From NCBI GenBank assembly GCA_024407725.1, contig JAKSVZ010000003.1, forward strand, positions 43,557 to 75,556: a stretch of 32,000 nt of DNA, written 5' to 3'. This document shows positions 8,660 through 17,433 of the stretch, in pieces. The DNA comes from Opitutales bacterium (GTDB lineage: Bacteria > Verrucomicrobiota > Verrucomicrobiia > Opitutales > UBA9783). The notes under the pieces are model-generated. The model searched no databases. It was not told the DNA's origin and was given only the letters and a program-made list of their open reading frames with translations. The position numbers and the translations under genes were made by a program. Position 1 is the first letter of the stretch; each line of letters begins with the position of its first letter.

Positions 8660-10093
8660 TTAACCGCGTTGATTGAAAGCCCACTGATAGACTGATTCGT
8701 ATTGTGTGCTAGAGTGTGCCCAAGAAAAATCGGCTTCCATAGCTGTTTTTTGCATCTTTTGAAACAAATGAGGCTTTTCGGTATAGATGCGGTAAGCCCA
8801 ATGAACGGTATTGTAGATAGCGTCGTTGTGGAGATCGGAAAATACAAAACCGTAGCCTGTTTCGTCTGATTCGTTTAACGACTGAACGGTATCGGCTAAG
8901 CCGCCGGTTGCGCGTACAATGGGTAAAGTTCCGTAGCGCATAGCATAAAGCTGAGCTAAGCCGCAGGGTTCGTAACGACTGGGGAGGATGAACAAATCGC
9001 ATCCAGCTTGTAATCGATGGGCGAGTCCTGAGTCGTATTGGGTAATCATTCGGACTTGATTGGAGAATGGCTGTTCTAACGAGCGAAATTGGTTTTCTAG
9101 GTTCATATCACCCGTTCCCAAGATAACGACCTGCAGTTGAGTGTTGTTTAAGAGGTAGGGAAGTACATTAGCAAAGACATCCAATCCCTTTTGCCAACAG
9201 ATGCGGCTGACCACTCCTAATAGGGGGGCTTGTGTGTGTGGCAAATGAAATTGGTCGCGAATGGACTTTTTACATTCCTCTTTGGGACCTAAATTGTTTG
9301 AGGTGAAGTGGCTGGGAATCAGCGGGTCGGTTTCTGGATTCCACACATCGGTATCGATACCATTTAAAATTCCGATGAGATCCCCTGCTTTAAAGCGAAG
9401 TACGGGGTCTAATCCGCAGCCAAATTCGGTAGTTTGAATTTCTTGTGCATAGCGAGGGCTAACGGTGGTTATTTTGGTGGAATGATAAAGGGCGCCTTTT
9501 AGGAAGTTTACCTGTCCTAATGCTTCTAGGCTGGTGGAATGAAATTCGGAAAAAGGGATGCCTGCGAAGGATAAAATGGAGGGGGAAAATATGCCCTGAT
9601 ACTGAAGGTTATGGATGGTGAAAACGGTTGCGGCGGCGCTGATGGGATGGCAAGAACGTAAGGTGTTGCAGTAGACGGGGATCAGCCCTGTGGCCCAATC
9701 ATGGCAATGTATGACTTCTGGAGCCCATTGCAACGTACTACAGCTATCGAGTACCGCTCGGCAGAAGAAGGCAAAACGTTCGCCGTTATAAGTCCCATCG
9801 ACATAAATCGCGGCATCTTTAAAGTAATTAGGAGCGTCGATAAAGTAGAAGGTAATTCCATTTTGGACGACTTCATATACTTGGCATTTTTCAATCTTTT
9901 GCCCCATGTACACTGAAATATCTCTATGGCAAAACCAATCGTTTTGTGGGTGGATAAATCCATAGAGGGGCAAGAACAGCCGTACGTCATGATGGCGATT
10001 AGCTAAGGCTTTTGCGAGGCCGCTTACCATGTGACCGAGACCTCCTGTTTCCGCAAAGGGAGCGCATTCGGGGCTAGCCATTAAAATTCTCAT
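8660..10093 (-). CDS. glgA: Glycogen synthase (ADP-glucose type)
   Basis: The N-terminus MRILMASPECAPFAETGGLGHMV is the GlgA KTGGL-type motif region. The GT5 architecture is present at 477 aa. Confidence 0.93.
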   Translation of the reverse strand: MRILMASPECAPFAETGGLGHMVSGLAKALANRHHDVRLFLPLYGFIHPQNDWFCHRDISVYMGQKIEKCQVYEVVQNGITFYFIDAPNYFKDAAIYVDGTYNGERFAFFCRAVLDSCSTLQWAPEVIHCHDWATGLIPVYCNTLRSCHPISAAATVFTIHNLQYQGIFSPSILSFAGIPFSEFHSTSLEALGQVNFLKGALYHSTKITTVSPRYAQEIQTTEFGCGLDPVLRFKAGDLIGILNGIDTDVWNPETDPLIPSHFTSNNLGPKEECKKSIRDQFHLPHTQAPLLGVVSRICWQKGLDVFANVLPYLLNNTQLQVVILGTGDMNLENQFRSLEQPFSNQVRMITQYDSGLAHRLQAGCDLFILPSRYEPCGLAQLYAMRYGTLPIVRATGGLADTVQSLNESDETGYGFVFSDLHNDAIYNTVHWAYRIYTEKPHLFQKMQKTAMEADFSWAHSSTQYESVYQWAFNQRG

Positions 10094-10193
10094 CGTTGTA
10101 TATTTTTAGTATAATGCTTTTGAATTCAAAACTCAATTGAGGGATGCGGGAAAAAGTTGACCTTGGGGGTAATAAAGCGTAGGACTATGAATA

Positions 10194-10856
10194 ATGAATT
10201 CCCAAAAGCCATCCATCGTTAAATTTCCGGGGAACGCGGATGACCCATCCGTTAAGAGCGTAAAACCGGTATTCGATTGGTATACTTTCAGCGCATGGTT
10301 ACAGGCGCAAGCAGGACGCTTAAGAGCCATTGCTATTATTGCATTAACGATAGGGGCTGTTGTTGGGATTTTTAAAGGTTGGCAAGCGCACCGCATTAAC
10401 CATTATGTGGCGGAGTATGCAAAGTGCCCAACCTTGGGAGATCAGGTGGCTTGGGCTAAATTAAGCGTACCTAGCCAATTGAGCAACCTACAGGCATTTG
10501 TGTTTTTACGCCAAGCACATGAGTACGAGCACAAAGGGGAATGGAGCGATGCATTGGAATGCTATCGGCAGGCAAAAACCTATGGAACCCTATCGCCTTT
10601 GAAAGAACAAGCGCGCATGGGATACGCATTTATCGCATTGCAATTGGATCAGTTGGATGCTGCCGAAGCGGAATTTAAAACCTTATATCAAGGCACGTTG
10701 AATTATTTAAAGGCGCAAGCGCTGTATGGTTTGTGTTTTATTGCTCACAAACGGAAAAATGGGGAGCAATTAAAGCGGTATCTACAACAGCTGCAAAGTT
10801 TGAAAGAAGGGGCGGCGTTTTTACGTCAGTGGGAATCGTTTCAGGTGAACGATTAA
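10194..10856 (+). CDS. Single-pass membrane protein with TPR-like C-terminal domain (YfgM-like architecture)
   Basis: It has a cytoplasmic N-terminus and one TM segment (AIAIIALTIGAVVGIF), followed by helical repeats resembling TPR (EWSDALECYRQA, AEAEFKTLYQG). No function can be assigned from the sequence alone. Confidence 0.6.
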   Translation: MNSQKPSIVKFPGNADDPSVKSVKPVFDWYTFSAWLQAQAGRLRAIAIIALTIGAVVGIFKGWQAHRINHYVAEYAKCPTLGDQVAWAKLSVPSQLSNLQAFVFLRQAHEYEHKGEWSDALECYRQAKTYGTLSPLKEQARMGYAFIALQLDQLDAAEAEFKTLYQGTLNYLKAQALYGLCFIAHKRKNGEQLKRYLQQLQSLKEGAAFLRQWESFQVND

Positions 10857-11431
10857 CGCGCATTAGAGGCGTTTTTTACCTCTTTTTTAACCGCAGGTCT
10901 TTGTTCCTGTGAAGATGGTCTAATAAAGGCGCATGCGTATTCATCGAATTTTTCCTGTAAATTGCCGGTATACCCCAAAGAGAGTTGTCGGATTTCGTCA
11001 GGGGGAAGGTAGGAGATGGTATAGAGGAAGATGGCGCTGACAATGGACATTTGGATAGTGGGTTGGTTCGCTTGAGCTTCGCCTAAGAATGGAGTCAGTA
11101 TTTTTTTGAGCTGCCCCTTTACGGTAATCGTGGTAGCTAGGATGGATTGAGAATTATTACGGGAAATGTTCGCTTCTAATTGTGAGATAAAATCTCTCCA
11201 ATCTTCATCGCACGTAATGCATAGGTACTGCAATTGTTCATATAAGGTATGCAGTTCCATCGAATGCGATTGCGTAAGGATTGCGTTAACCAATGGAGCA
11301 TCGGGAATATGATTATACGCTACTTGTTTGAACGTAGCATCGACCATAGAACCATCGTGAATAACAGGATAGGCGAAACAGTGAGTAGCAAATAACAAGG
11401 AACAACAAAGGCTACTGAAACCGAACCTCAT
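10853..11431 (-). CDS. Hypothetical secreted protein
   Basis: The 192-aa ORF has an N-terminal signal-like segment MRFGFSSLCCSLLFATHCFA. I recognise no motif. Its stop overlaps the stop of the convergent ORF in TTAA. Confidence 0.55.
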   Translation of the reverse strand: MRFGFSSLCCSLLFATHCFAYPVIHDGSMVDATFKQVAYNHIPDAPLVNAILTQSHSMELHTLYEQLQYLCITCDEDWRDFISQLEANISRNNSQSILATTITVKGQLKKILTPFLGEAQANQPTIQMSIVSAIFLYTISYLPPDEIRQLSLGYTGNLQEKFDEYACAFIRPSSQEQRPAVKKEVKNASNAR

Positions 11432-11464
11432 ATTAATGATAATTCGGTTTAATTGGCAAAAAAT

Positions 11465-12343
11465 TTACCCGAAAATCAGCGGATACCTACCCTGTTGCGT
11501 TTGGGACCTTAAATAATCCTGTATGGGATTTACATCGGCAGGATAGGTTATTTCTAAACACTTATCTTTTAGATTAGGAAGTAGATGAATAGGGCGCTGT
11601 TGTTGGGCTGCAATGGCTTGAATGGCGGTTGGCAAATAGAATTCTTCGATTTCCGGATGCGTCATGTGTTGGATAAACACCTGCCATTGTTCTTCTAAAG
11701 CAGAAAGGACGTTTTGTTGCAGTACCCAAAAGTTTACCGAAGTATAAGCATCGGGTGCAAGAAGAACGGTTTCTGTATCCTGATGATGGACAATACCGTT
11801 AGGGGTTTGTTCGATATGGGTATATTCTTGCAAACGCGTAATTTTGCCGTTTTGAACGCTGCAAATAGCTCTAGAAACGCTTCCGTTGGGAGATAAGACT
11901 GTTTTAAGCGGGTATCCAACCAACGCGCACTCTTGGTGATTAGAGGATAGGAATTGCATGGCTTGCGCATAGGCTTCGTACCCATACCAATTGTCGCCAT
12001 TGTTAATGACGAAGGGGGTAGTAATTGCATGGCGAGCGGCATACAATGCGTGTCCGGTTCCAAAAGGTTTGGTTCGATGGATTCCTAGCTCAAGCGATGG
12101 ATCTTCTTGCAAAACGCATTGCGAACGATTTTTGAGGCCAAATTGGTCAAAAATATGCTCAAAAAACGGCTGAGTTTCGGGGTTTACGATAGCGACAAAG
12201 TAATGAAATCCGGCCTGTAAGGCGTCCCATATTCCATAGCTTGCTAACGGAGCATGTTGAGGCTCAAAGGTATGTATTTGCTTGGGGCCTCCGAAACGGC
12301 TTCCTTTCCCAGCAGCTAATAAAACCAGAGTGGCTTTAATCAT
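11465..12343 (-). CDS. Sugar-phosphate nucleotidyltransferase family protein (substrate unknown)
   Basis: It has the N-terminal NTP-transferase signature LLAAGKGSRFGGPKQ. The ORF-track start at 12361 is TTG. The ATG at 12343 (MIKATLV) overlaps the upstream GT2 stop (CATGATTAA), which suggests translational coupling. Confidence 0.8.
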   Translation of the reverse strand: MIKATLVLLAAGKGSRFGGPKQIHTFEPQHAPLASYGIWDALQAGFHYFVAIVNPETQPFFEHIFDQFGLKNRSQCVLQEDPSLELGIHRTKPFGTGHALYAARHAITTPFVINNGDNWYGYEAYAQAMQFLSSNHQECALVGYPLKTVLSPNGSVSRAICSVQNGKITRLQEYTHIEQTPNGIVHHQDTETVLLAPDAYTSVNFWVLQQNVLSALEEQWQVFIQHMTHPEIEEFYLPTAIQAIAAQQQRPIHLLPNLKDKCLEITYPADVNPIQDYLRSQTQQGRYPLIFG

Positions 12344-13103
12344 GGTTGTGCTTGAGTTCAATTGCGAACAGATACTTAAAAAAGACGTAGATAGCGGATA
12401 GGCTTGCTACATAAAAGCCTGCAATGCCATTACGGTAGCACCGTTGCTGAAAATAGCTCTTAATAAAGGCGTGCCAAGGATACGTGAGGAGGTTAAACGC
12501 TAAACGTTTTTGGGAGTAGCGCTGAGCCAATTCGGTTGCTTTTAGCTGCGCATAATGGATGTTTTTTTGTAGGGTATGAGCTACATCACGTTCGGTGTAA
12601 TGGAACAAGGGGCCGAATAAAGTTTGTGCAGGGCCTGAGAAACATAGGCGTTCATGAACTACGCCTTCCCAATGAGCATGGTTTTTATCAAACAGAATCA
12701 GTTGATGGTCGTTCATCTTTAACCACTGACCTAAAAATCGATTGATACGGTAGCAATAACAGGCGCTGTAACGGGTATGGTTGGAATTGGCAAAAAACGC
12801 TTCAATAGCCGTGCGTAATTCAGGCGATACCACTTCGTCGGCATCGATACGGAAAATCCATTGGGTGTTGGCGTATTGAGTTCCGATGTTGCGCTGCTGA
12901 GCGTATCCTTCCCATGCGTGTTCTACGATGCGTGCGTGAAAGCTTTCAGCAATGGCGCGTGTACGATCGGTGCAATCATTGAGTACCACAACGATGTCTT
13001 GAACCCAGCCGCTTAGGGATTGCAAACAGGCAGTAATGCGATCTGCTTCATTCTTCGCAATAATCACAGCGGTTAAGGGTACCATATGGGTATCATGGGG
13101 CAC
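12336..13103 (-). CDS. Family 2 glycosyltransferase (LPS/LOS core-type, KdtX/WaaE-like)
   Basis: It has LTAVIIAKNEADRITACLQSL and IDADE (a DxD-type motif), both typical of GT2. The 13103 start is GTG, and an alternative ATG lies at 13085 (MVPLTAV). Confidence 0.8.
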   Translation of the reverse strand: MPHDTHMVPLTAVIIAKNEADRITACLQSLSGWVQDIVVVLNDCTDRTRAIAESFHARIVEHAWEGYAQQRNIGTQYANTQWIFRIDADEVVSPELRTAIEAFFANSNHTRYSACYCYRINRFLGQWLKMNDHQLILFDKNHAHWEGVVHERLCFSGPAQTLFGPLFHYTERDVAHTLQKNIHYAQLKATELAQRYSQKRLAFNLLTYPWHAFIKSYFQQRCYRNGIAGFYVASLSAIYVFFKYLFAIELKHNHD

Positions 13104-13132
13104 AGAGCAGCATTAAGTCAACTTCGAACGTA

Positions 13133-13543
13133 TTATACAAGCGGCAATACGCGTCTTTTATGCGTTTGGGCTGAATCCTTCGATAAGGCGCGTATGGCTT
13201 GTTTCAGGGTGTCATAGATCGGGGCGATGGCCTGAAGTCCGCTTAAACCCCAGATGGTACGAATCAATTCGGTAGGGTTGGCGAGTGCCATAGACCGTTT
13301 GGTTGGCTTTACCCGTTGTATGAATTTTAAAAACACTCCTAATCCCGTAGGGGTTACGAACTGCCAATTGCTTCCGTCGATAATAATCGGAAGGTTGGCG
13401 CCTTGTGAAAGTTCTTTGAATGCGACTTCCAGTTTGGGTGTTAAATCTGCATCGAGATAATTTTGAATGCTGAGAACAATAACTCCATCGACCTTTTTCC
13501 AATGAATGGCGCGGTCAAAGGTAGCGTATTCGTTAATAGACAT
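13133..13543 (-). CDS. STAS-domain anti-sigma-factor antagonist (RsbV/SpoIIAA-like)
   Basis: The motif DGSNWQFVTPTGLGVFL aligns to SpoIIAA LSFMDSSGLGVIL. The phospho-acceptor position is Thr here. At 136 aa it is a single STAS domain. Confidence 0.75.
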   Translation of the reverse strand: MSINEYATFDRAIHWKKVDGVIVLSIQNYLDADLTPKLEVAFKELSQGANLPIIIDGSNWQFVTPTGLGVFLKFIQRVKPTKRSMALANPTELIRTIWGLSGLQAIAPIYDTLKQAIRALSKDSAQTHKRRVLPLV

Positions 13544-13590
13544 CTTGTTGGTTTATTATAACGGAAAAAATTGCTTTTTTTTTAGGAACA

Positions 13591-14121
13591 ATGGATGATT
13601 CAAGTATGCGGATACGTATCAGCGCACTTTTATTGCTCTTGTTGTTGAATGCGTGCCATTATCAGGCAGGGTATCCGGTGGCTCAATGTCCCCTGAAAAC
13701 GATTTATGTTCAGCCCATCATTAAGGATGCCTTGGTGGCTAATATCTCCGGTGTATTGACTCGCCAATTGCGTGAAGAGTTGGTTCGTACTAGCATTTTG
13801 AAGGTAGTGACCAAGGAATCAGGTGCGGATGCTCGGTTGGAAACCCACTTAGTGCGTTATGATCCGAGTGTGAGTAGTGTAAGCACGGACGACGCATTAA
13901 CTGCGCATTCTTTGTCCTTAAAAGCTACCGCCCGTTGCAGCCTGCAGGATACGAACACAGGGTATTATTACTTTAAGGATCGTGAATTTACAGTAGACGT
14001 GTCCATACGGAGTGCGACAGAAGGTCAAACGGCTGAGTACCAAGCAATTCCGTTGTTAGCGCGCGATTTAGCCAAGAAAATAATCGTAGCGATTGGCATG
14101 CAAAAAGGGTTGAAGGAATAA
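13591..14121 (+). CDS. Lipoprotein, possibly LptE-like
   Basis: It has lipobox LNA-C22. Its size and alternating beta/alpha pattern resemble LptE, with C-HYQ after the lipid Cys and a QTAEYQ segment. The functional call is weak. The start could instead be the ATG at 13606. Confidence 0.45.
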   Translation: MDDSSMRIRISALLLLLLLNACHYQAGYPVAQCPLKTIYVQPIIKDALVANISGVLTRQLREELVRTSILKVVTKESGADARLETHLVRYDPSVSSVSTDDALTAHSLSLKATARCSLQDTNTGYYYFKDREFTVDVSIRSATEGQTAEYQAIPLLARDLAKKIIVAIGMQKGLKE

Positions 14122-14124
14122 TCC

Positions 14125-14727
14125 ATGAGTGCTTTTGAATGGATTCCATCGCTATTTGCGGCGGATCCTTTGTGCTTTGGTGATGCTTTAAAGCGGGTCA
14201 GCGCAGATTATGCAAGCATTCATGTGGATATTATGGATGGACATTTTGTCCCCAATATCAGTTTCGGTTCTGCTATGGTGGCTGCGGTTAAACGGATTGC
14301 GCCTCGTTTGTTGATCGAAGTTCATCTGATGGTTACCAATCCAGAGAATTTTATTCACCCCTGCATTCAAGCAGGAGCCCAGCGTATCTTTGTCCACGTT
14401 GAAGTTCCATCGGCTGCTGAAACGTGTAAAACCTTGCAAGCAAGCGGTATCCAATGGGGATTGGTCATCAATCCAGAAACGCCCTTGGAATGCCTTCCGA
14501 AAGCATTACTTCAGGAATCAGGCAATTGCTTAATCATGAGTGTCCATCCAGGGTTTTGTGGCCAAAGTTTTATCGAAGCCACCTATCAGCGCGTAGCAGC
14601 TATCCATCAAGCTTATCCGCAGCTAACGTTAACGGTTGATGGAGGTATTAATCCTGAAATTGCCGCCAAACTAGCGAACTTAGGGGTCGCCCATTGCGTT
14701 GCCGGTTCTTATTGCTTTAAACAATAA
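14125..14727 (+). CDS. rpe: Ribulose-phosphate 3-epimerase
   Basis: IPSLFAADPLCFG...HVDIMDGHFVPNISFG is the Rpe signature. The ORF lies 3 nt after the upstream lipoprotein gene. At 200 aa its C-terminus is somewhat short. Confidence 0.9.
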   Translation: MSAFEWIPSLFAADPLCFGDALKRVSADYASIHVDIMDGHFVPNISFGSAMVAAVKRIAPRLLIEVHLMVTNPENFIHPCIQAGAQRIFVHVEVPSAAETCKTLQASGIQWGLVINPETPLECLPKALLQESGNCLIMSVHPGFCGQSFIEATYQRVAAIHQAYPQLTLTVDGGINPEIAAKLANLGVAHCVAGSYCFKQ

Positions 14728-14748
14728 TTTTTTGGAGCCTTACCGTGC

Positions 14749-15609
14749 TTAGAAGGTTCTTCCTACGCCCAAATAGATTTGATCGGAATGGAAATTAGCG
14801 AGCTTGGGGATTTCCAATCCATAACATTTAGCACCAAACATTTGATGCAGCCCGATATGGCGGTAACCGACTTCGAATAGCGTTTCAAATTTCTCTGCGC
14901 GTACAAACAGACTAAAATTGTACAGCAACGAACCGGAATGGACGTACTTACGGCGGCTGTCACCTAACCAAGTACAAGTGACCAAATTATTAGGAGTCCA
15001 TATTCGCCAAAAGTCTAATGTCGTAAATTTGGTGCAGATATAAGCACCACCGATACCCCCACCAATACCAGCGGATAACCAATCTAAGATATAGTGTTCC
15101 CAATAGACATTGACTTGAGCTCCAGCAATGCGTTGGTTTTTAAGGTAAAACATTATATAATTCCTGTTCCATATCGGATGTCCAGCCTCATCTCGTAAAT
15201 AGCTACATCTTATGGCATAGAAATCGGGGCGATAGGGAATGTTAACATCCCACCATTCATCATTGAAGGGTGCGCGTTTCTTTACGCTGACATAAGCTCC
15301 TAATATTTCTATTTCTAAGCCTAAAGATCCAATATTGAATACATCGAACCGTCCGCCTAAAGCAACTGATAAATTGCGGTGATTGCTGTATGGAATTTTA
15401 CCCGATGTACAATCATTGTCTCGCGATATGCGATTATTTGTTACGCCAATGACATTTGGGTCTTCCAACTTTCCTTTAGAAAACTTTCCCCAATCGTCTC
15501 CCTTTAACTCCCCGAACCCCGAACGTACCATGACGTACAAACCATAACAGGGGGTGTGTATTCCTAAAGCAATGCTTAGAGCTAATAATAGGCTTATTCT
15601 TTTAGTCAT
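14749..15609 (-). CDS. Outer-membrane beta-barrel protein (hypothetical porin/OMP)
   Basis: It has a signal peptide MTKRISLLLALSIALGIHTPCYG. The sequence is rich in alternating aromatic/Gly beta-strand patterns. The C-terminus ends in GVGRTF, a terminal Phe typical of BAM substrates. Confidence 0.7.
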   Translation of the reverse strand: MTKRISLLLALSIALGIHTPCYGLYVMVRSGFGELKGDDWGKFSKGKLEDPNVIGVTNNRISRDNDCTSGKIPYSNHRNLSVALGGRFDVFNIGSLGLEIEILGAYVSVKKRAPFNDEWWDVNIPYRPDFYAIRCSYLRDEAGHPIWNRNYIMFYLKNQRIAGAQVNVYWEHYILDWLSAGIGGGIGGAYICTKFTTLDFWRIWTPNNLVTCTWLGDSRRKYVHSGSLLYNFSLFVRAEKFETLFEVGYRHIGLHQMFGAKCYGLEIPKLANFHSDQIYLGVGRTF

Positions 15610-15666
15610 TTCCTTATAAGGCGTTTCCTTATAAGGCGTTTCCTTATAAGGCGTTTCCTTATAAGA
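15609..15666 (-). repeat. Tandem 15-bp repeat (3.7 copies) carrying four phased 10-bp palindromes CCTTATAAGG, abutting the OMP start codon
   Basis: The plus-strand unit tccttataaggcgtt occurs at 15611-15625, 15626-15640 and 15641-15655, with a partial copy at 15656-15665. The palindromes are at 15612-21, 15627-36, 15642-51 and 15657-66; the last is 9/10. In gene orientation the final copy reads TAAGGAAATG. Confidence 0.95.
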
Positions 15667-15750
15667 TTTTGGGCGTTTTCCGGAAATTGCAAGCTTTTTT
15701 ATAGAGCACGAGAAGCTTTAATAAGGTGGCTGGCTCATTTAGTGACCCTG

Positions 15751-15788
15751 AAAAACAAAAAAGCCAGGTAAAATTACCTAGCTTTTTT
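15751..15788 (-). terminator. Rho-independent terminator downstream of the NTT gene (bidirectional architecture)
   Basis: The stem is agccaggta (15762-15770) paired with tacctagct (15775-15783), with one C.A mismatch and loop aaat. On the minus strand it is followed by TTTTTTGTTTTT, and on the plus strand by TTTTT. Confidence 0.8.
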
Positions 15789-15805
15789 ATAACTGTTGTT
15801 AAAGC

Positions 15806-17338
15806 TTATTCAGCTTTTGCTTTATTGGCTGCTTCTACTTTTTTACCTAAGGATTTAACCGATAGGAGCCATAAAGTAACGATTACCAAGAAGATACCGA
15901 ACAAGTAAGGTACGATTTGGAAGTAGGTTGCTTTGGTTCCCATGATAGATCCGACAACCGAGAACAGCAATACTTGGCAGAAAGCACCACCGGATTTTCC
16001 GAGACGTCCACCGACTACATCGACCACCGCTTTACCTTTAACCTTCATTTCTTCATCCAATGGGATGTAAGCCATTTCCTTTGTTAGGTCAAACAAGGCA
16101 TATTTGGTAGCTTTGGAGATGGTTACGATGATAGCTCCTAAGATAACTGCGACTGCAACTGGATTGGTTCCGATGTTGCTTAACATGCCTGCTAAATTGT
16201 CTTTAAAGATAATGAAGGAGAAGAATGATATACCTCCGACAATAAAGACGCAGGGGGTAATAGCGGCAGCGGTTGTCCAGCGGAACATACGTAATATATT
16301 ACCACCAATAATCAGCATAATAATCGACATAATACCGGTCCACGTCGTTACATTACTCATGAAGGTATTGTAATCGTTTTCGTTGGTATAACGTACCTTG
16401 ATTTGGCTCTTCCAAAGACCTTCGATAACGTTGACGCTAATTCCGTAGGAAATAACCAACATAGCGATTAATCCTAAGTAAGGTGAAGTAAAGATGGTCT
16501 TGAGGCTTTCGATCAAACCAGCTTTTGCTTTTTTCTTTTTGACGCCTGGTAATTCAGGTTTATCGTAGAAGCGTTTATCAGTTAATACATTTTTGTAGAT
16601 CCAGCGATAAAGCACCATGGTGCAGATACCGCAAATAACGACAACGGTCATTAAGTAGTTAAGGGTGATTTGCCAAGGATCTTCTCCCGGTAAAACTTTA
16701 GAACGGATATCTGAAGACCATTTACCAACGGCTCCGGCGAATAACAGCGAAAATTGAGCCATTAATCCGAAGAAAGCGTACATACGTTTTGCTTCAGATG
16801 TTTTGGTAATTTGGTTCGCGAACTGCCAGAAGGATAGCGATAGAATGGCGCTTCCCCAAAGTTCGGCTAATACGTAGAACAAACCATAGCTCCAGACCCC
16901 TAATAAAGCGATCGGCCAGTGCAAAGACGGGAATTGTCCTTGTAGCGCTGTAATGGTGGCTACAGATGGGTGGAAGAATTCACGATGGGGATAAATGACA
17001 AAAGCAAATAACCCGAAGAAGATGATGAACGGGGATAAGGTAGCGTAGAACAGGTGTTCATTGCTAAGAATATCGCTTGCTTTAGCGTAAATCAGCATGA
17101 ATAAGATGGCTGATGGGGTTACGCAAAACAACTTTAAGTACGAAAGTGCCTCAGCTCCTGTATTGGTAACTACCAAAGAATCCTTGATGTTACGAACGCA
17201 GGTGTAGTTGAACAGAATGAAGAAAAAAATGAAACCCATGGGGATTGCCTTCTTCAATTCATAAGAATGAATTGGGAAGAATATTTGCCGCAACTTCGAG
17301 AACTCGGGTTGTGGTTTTGATACATTAGGAATAGCCAT
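15806..17338 (-). CDS. Nucleotide transporter NTT (ADP/ATP translocase, Tlc/Npt family)
   Basis: It has about 12 TM segments. The N-terminal block EFSKLRQIFFPIHSYELKKAIPMGFIFFFILFNYTCVRNIKDSLVV is characteristic of chlamydial and rickettsial NTTs. The ORF-track start at 17389 is TTG, so I prefer the ATG at 17338 (MAIPNV). Substrate specificity (ATP/ADP versus other nucleotides) cannot be read from the sequence. Confidence 0.92.
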   Translation of the reverse strand: MAIPNVSKPQPEFSKLRQIFFPIHSYELKKAIPMGFIFFFILFNYTCVRNIKDSLVVTNTGAEALSYLKLFCVTPSAILFMLIYAKASDILSNEHLFYATLSPFIIFFGLFAFVIYPHREFFHPSVATITALQGQFPSLHWPIALLGVWSYGLFYVLAELWGSAILSLSFWQFANQITKTSEAKRMYAFFGLMAQFSLLFAGAVGKWSSDIRSKVLPGEDPWQITLNYLMTVVVICGICTMVLYRWIYKNVLTDKRFYDKPELPGVKKKKAKAGLIESLKTIFTSPYLGLIAMLVISYGISVNVIEGLWKSQIKVRYTNENDYNTFMSNVTTWTGIMSIIMLIIGGNILRMFRWTTAAAITPCVFIVGGISFFSFIIFKDNLAGMLSNIGTNPVAVAVILGAIIVTISKATKYALFDLTKEMAYIPLDEEMKVKGKAVVDVVGGRLGKSGGAFCQVLLFSVVGSIMGTKATYFQIVPYLFGIFLVIVTLWLLSVKSLGKKVEAANKAKAE

Positions 17339-17433
17339 AACTAATCTTTTCTTTTTATATTTTAAAGGTAGCGTAAAATTTTTAAGCAAACCGTCAATTT
17401 ATTTTTTGATAAATAGGATGGAAATTGAGCCTG

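Noticed and set aside
10853-10856. Convergent genes whose stop codons overlap in the palindrome TTAA.
   Set aside because: This is real but trivial. It reflects compact genome packing and shows no structure suggestive of regulation.
15611-15666. The 15-bp tandem repeat considered as a CRISPR-like array, or as a coding ETPYK peptide repeat extending the OMP N-terminus.
   Set aside because: The units are contiguous with no spacers, so this is not a CRISPR array. The in-frame upstream region has no ATG, GTG or TTG before a TAA 37 codons upstream. The signal peptide begins at the annotated Met.
15726-15908. A 60-aa plus-strand ORF spanning the NTT terminator and the NTT 3' end.
   Set aside because: It overlaps the terminator hairpin and the antisense strand of the NTT C-terminus. 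It has no RBS and low-complexity Lys/Ser content.
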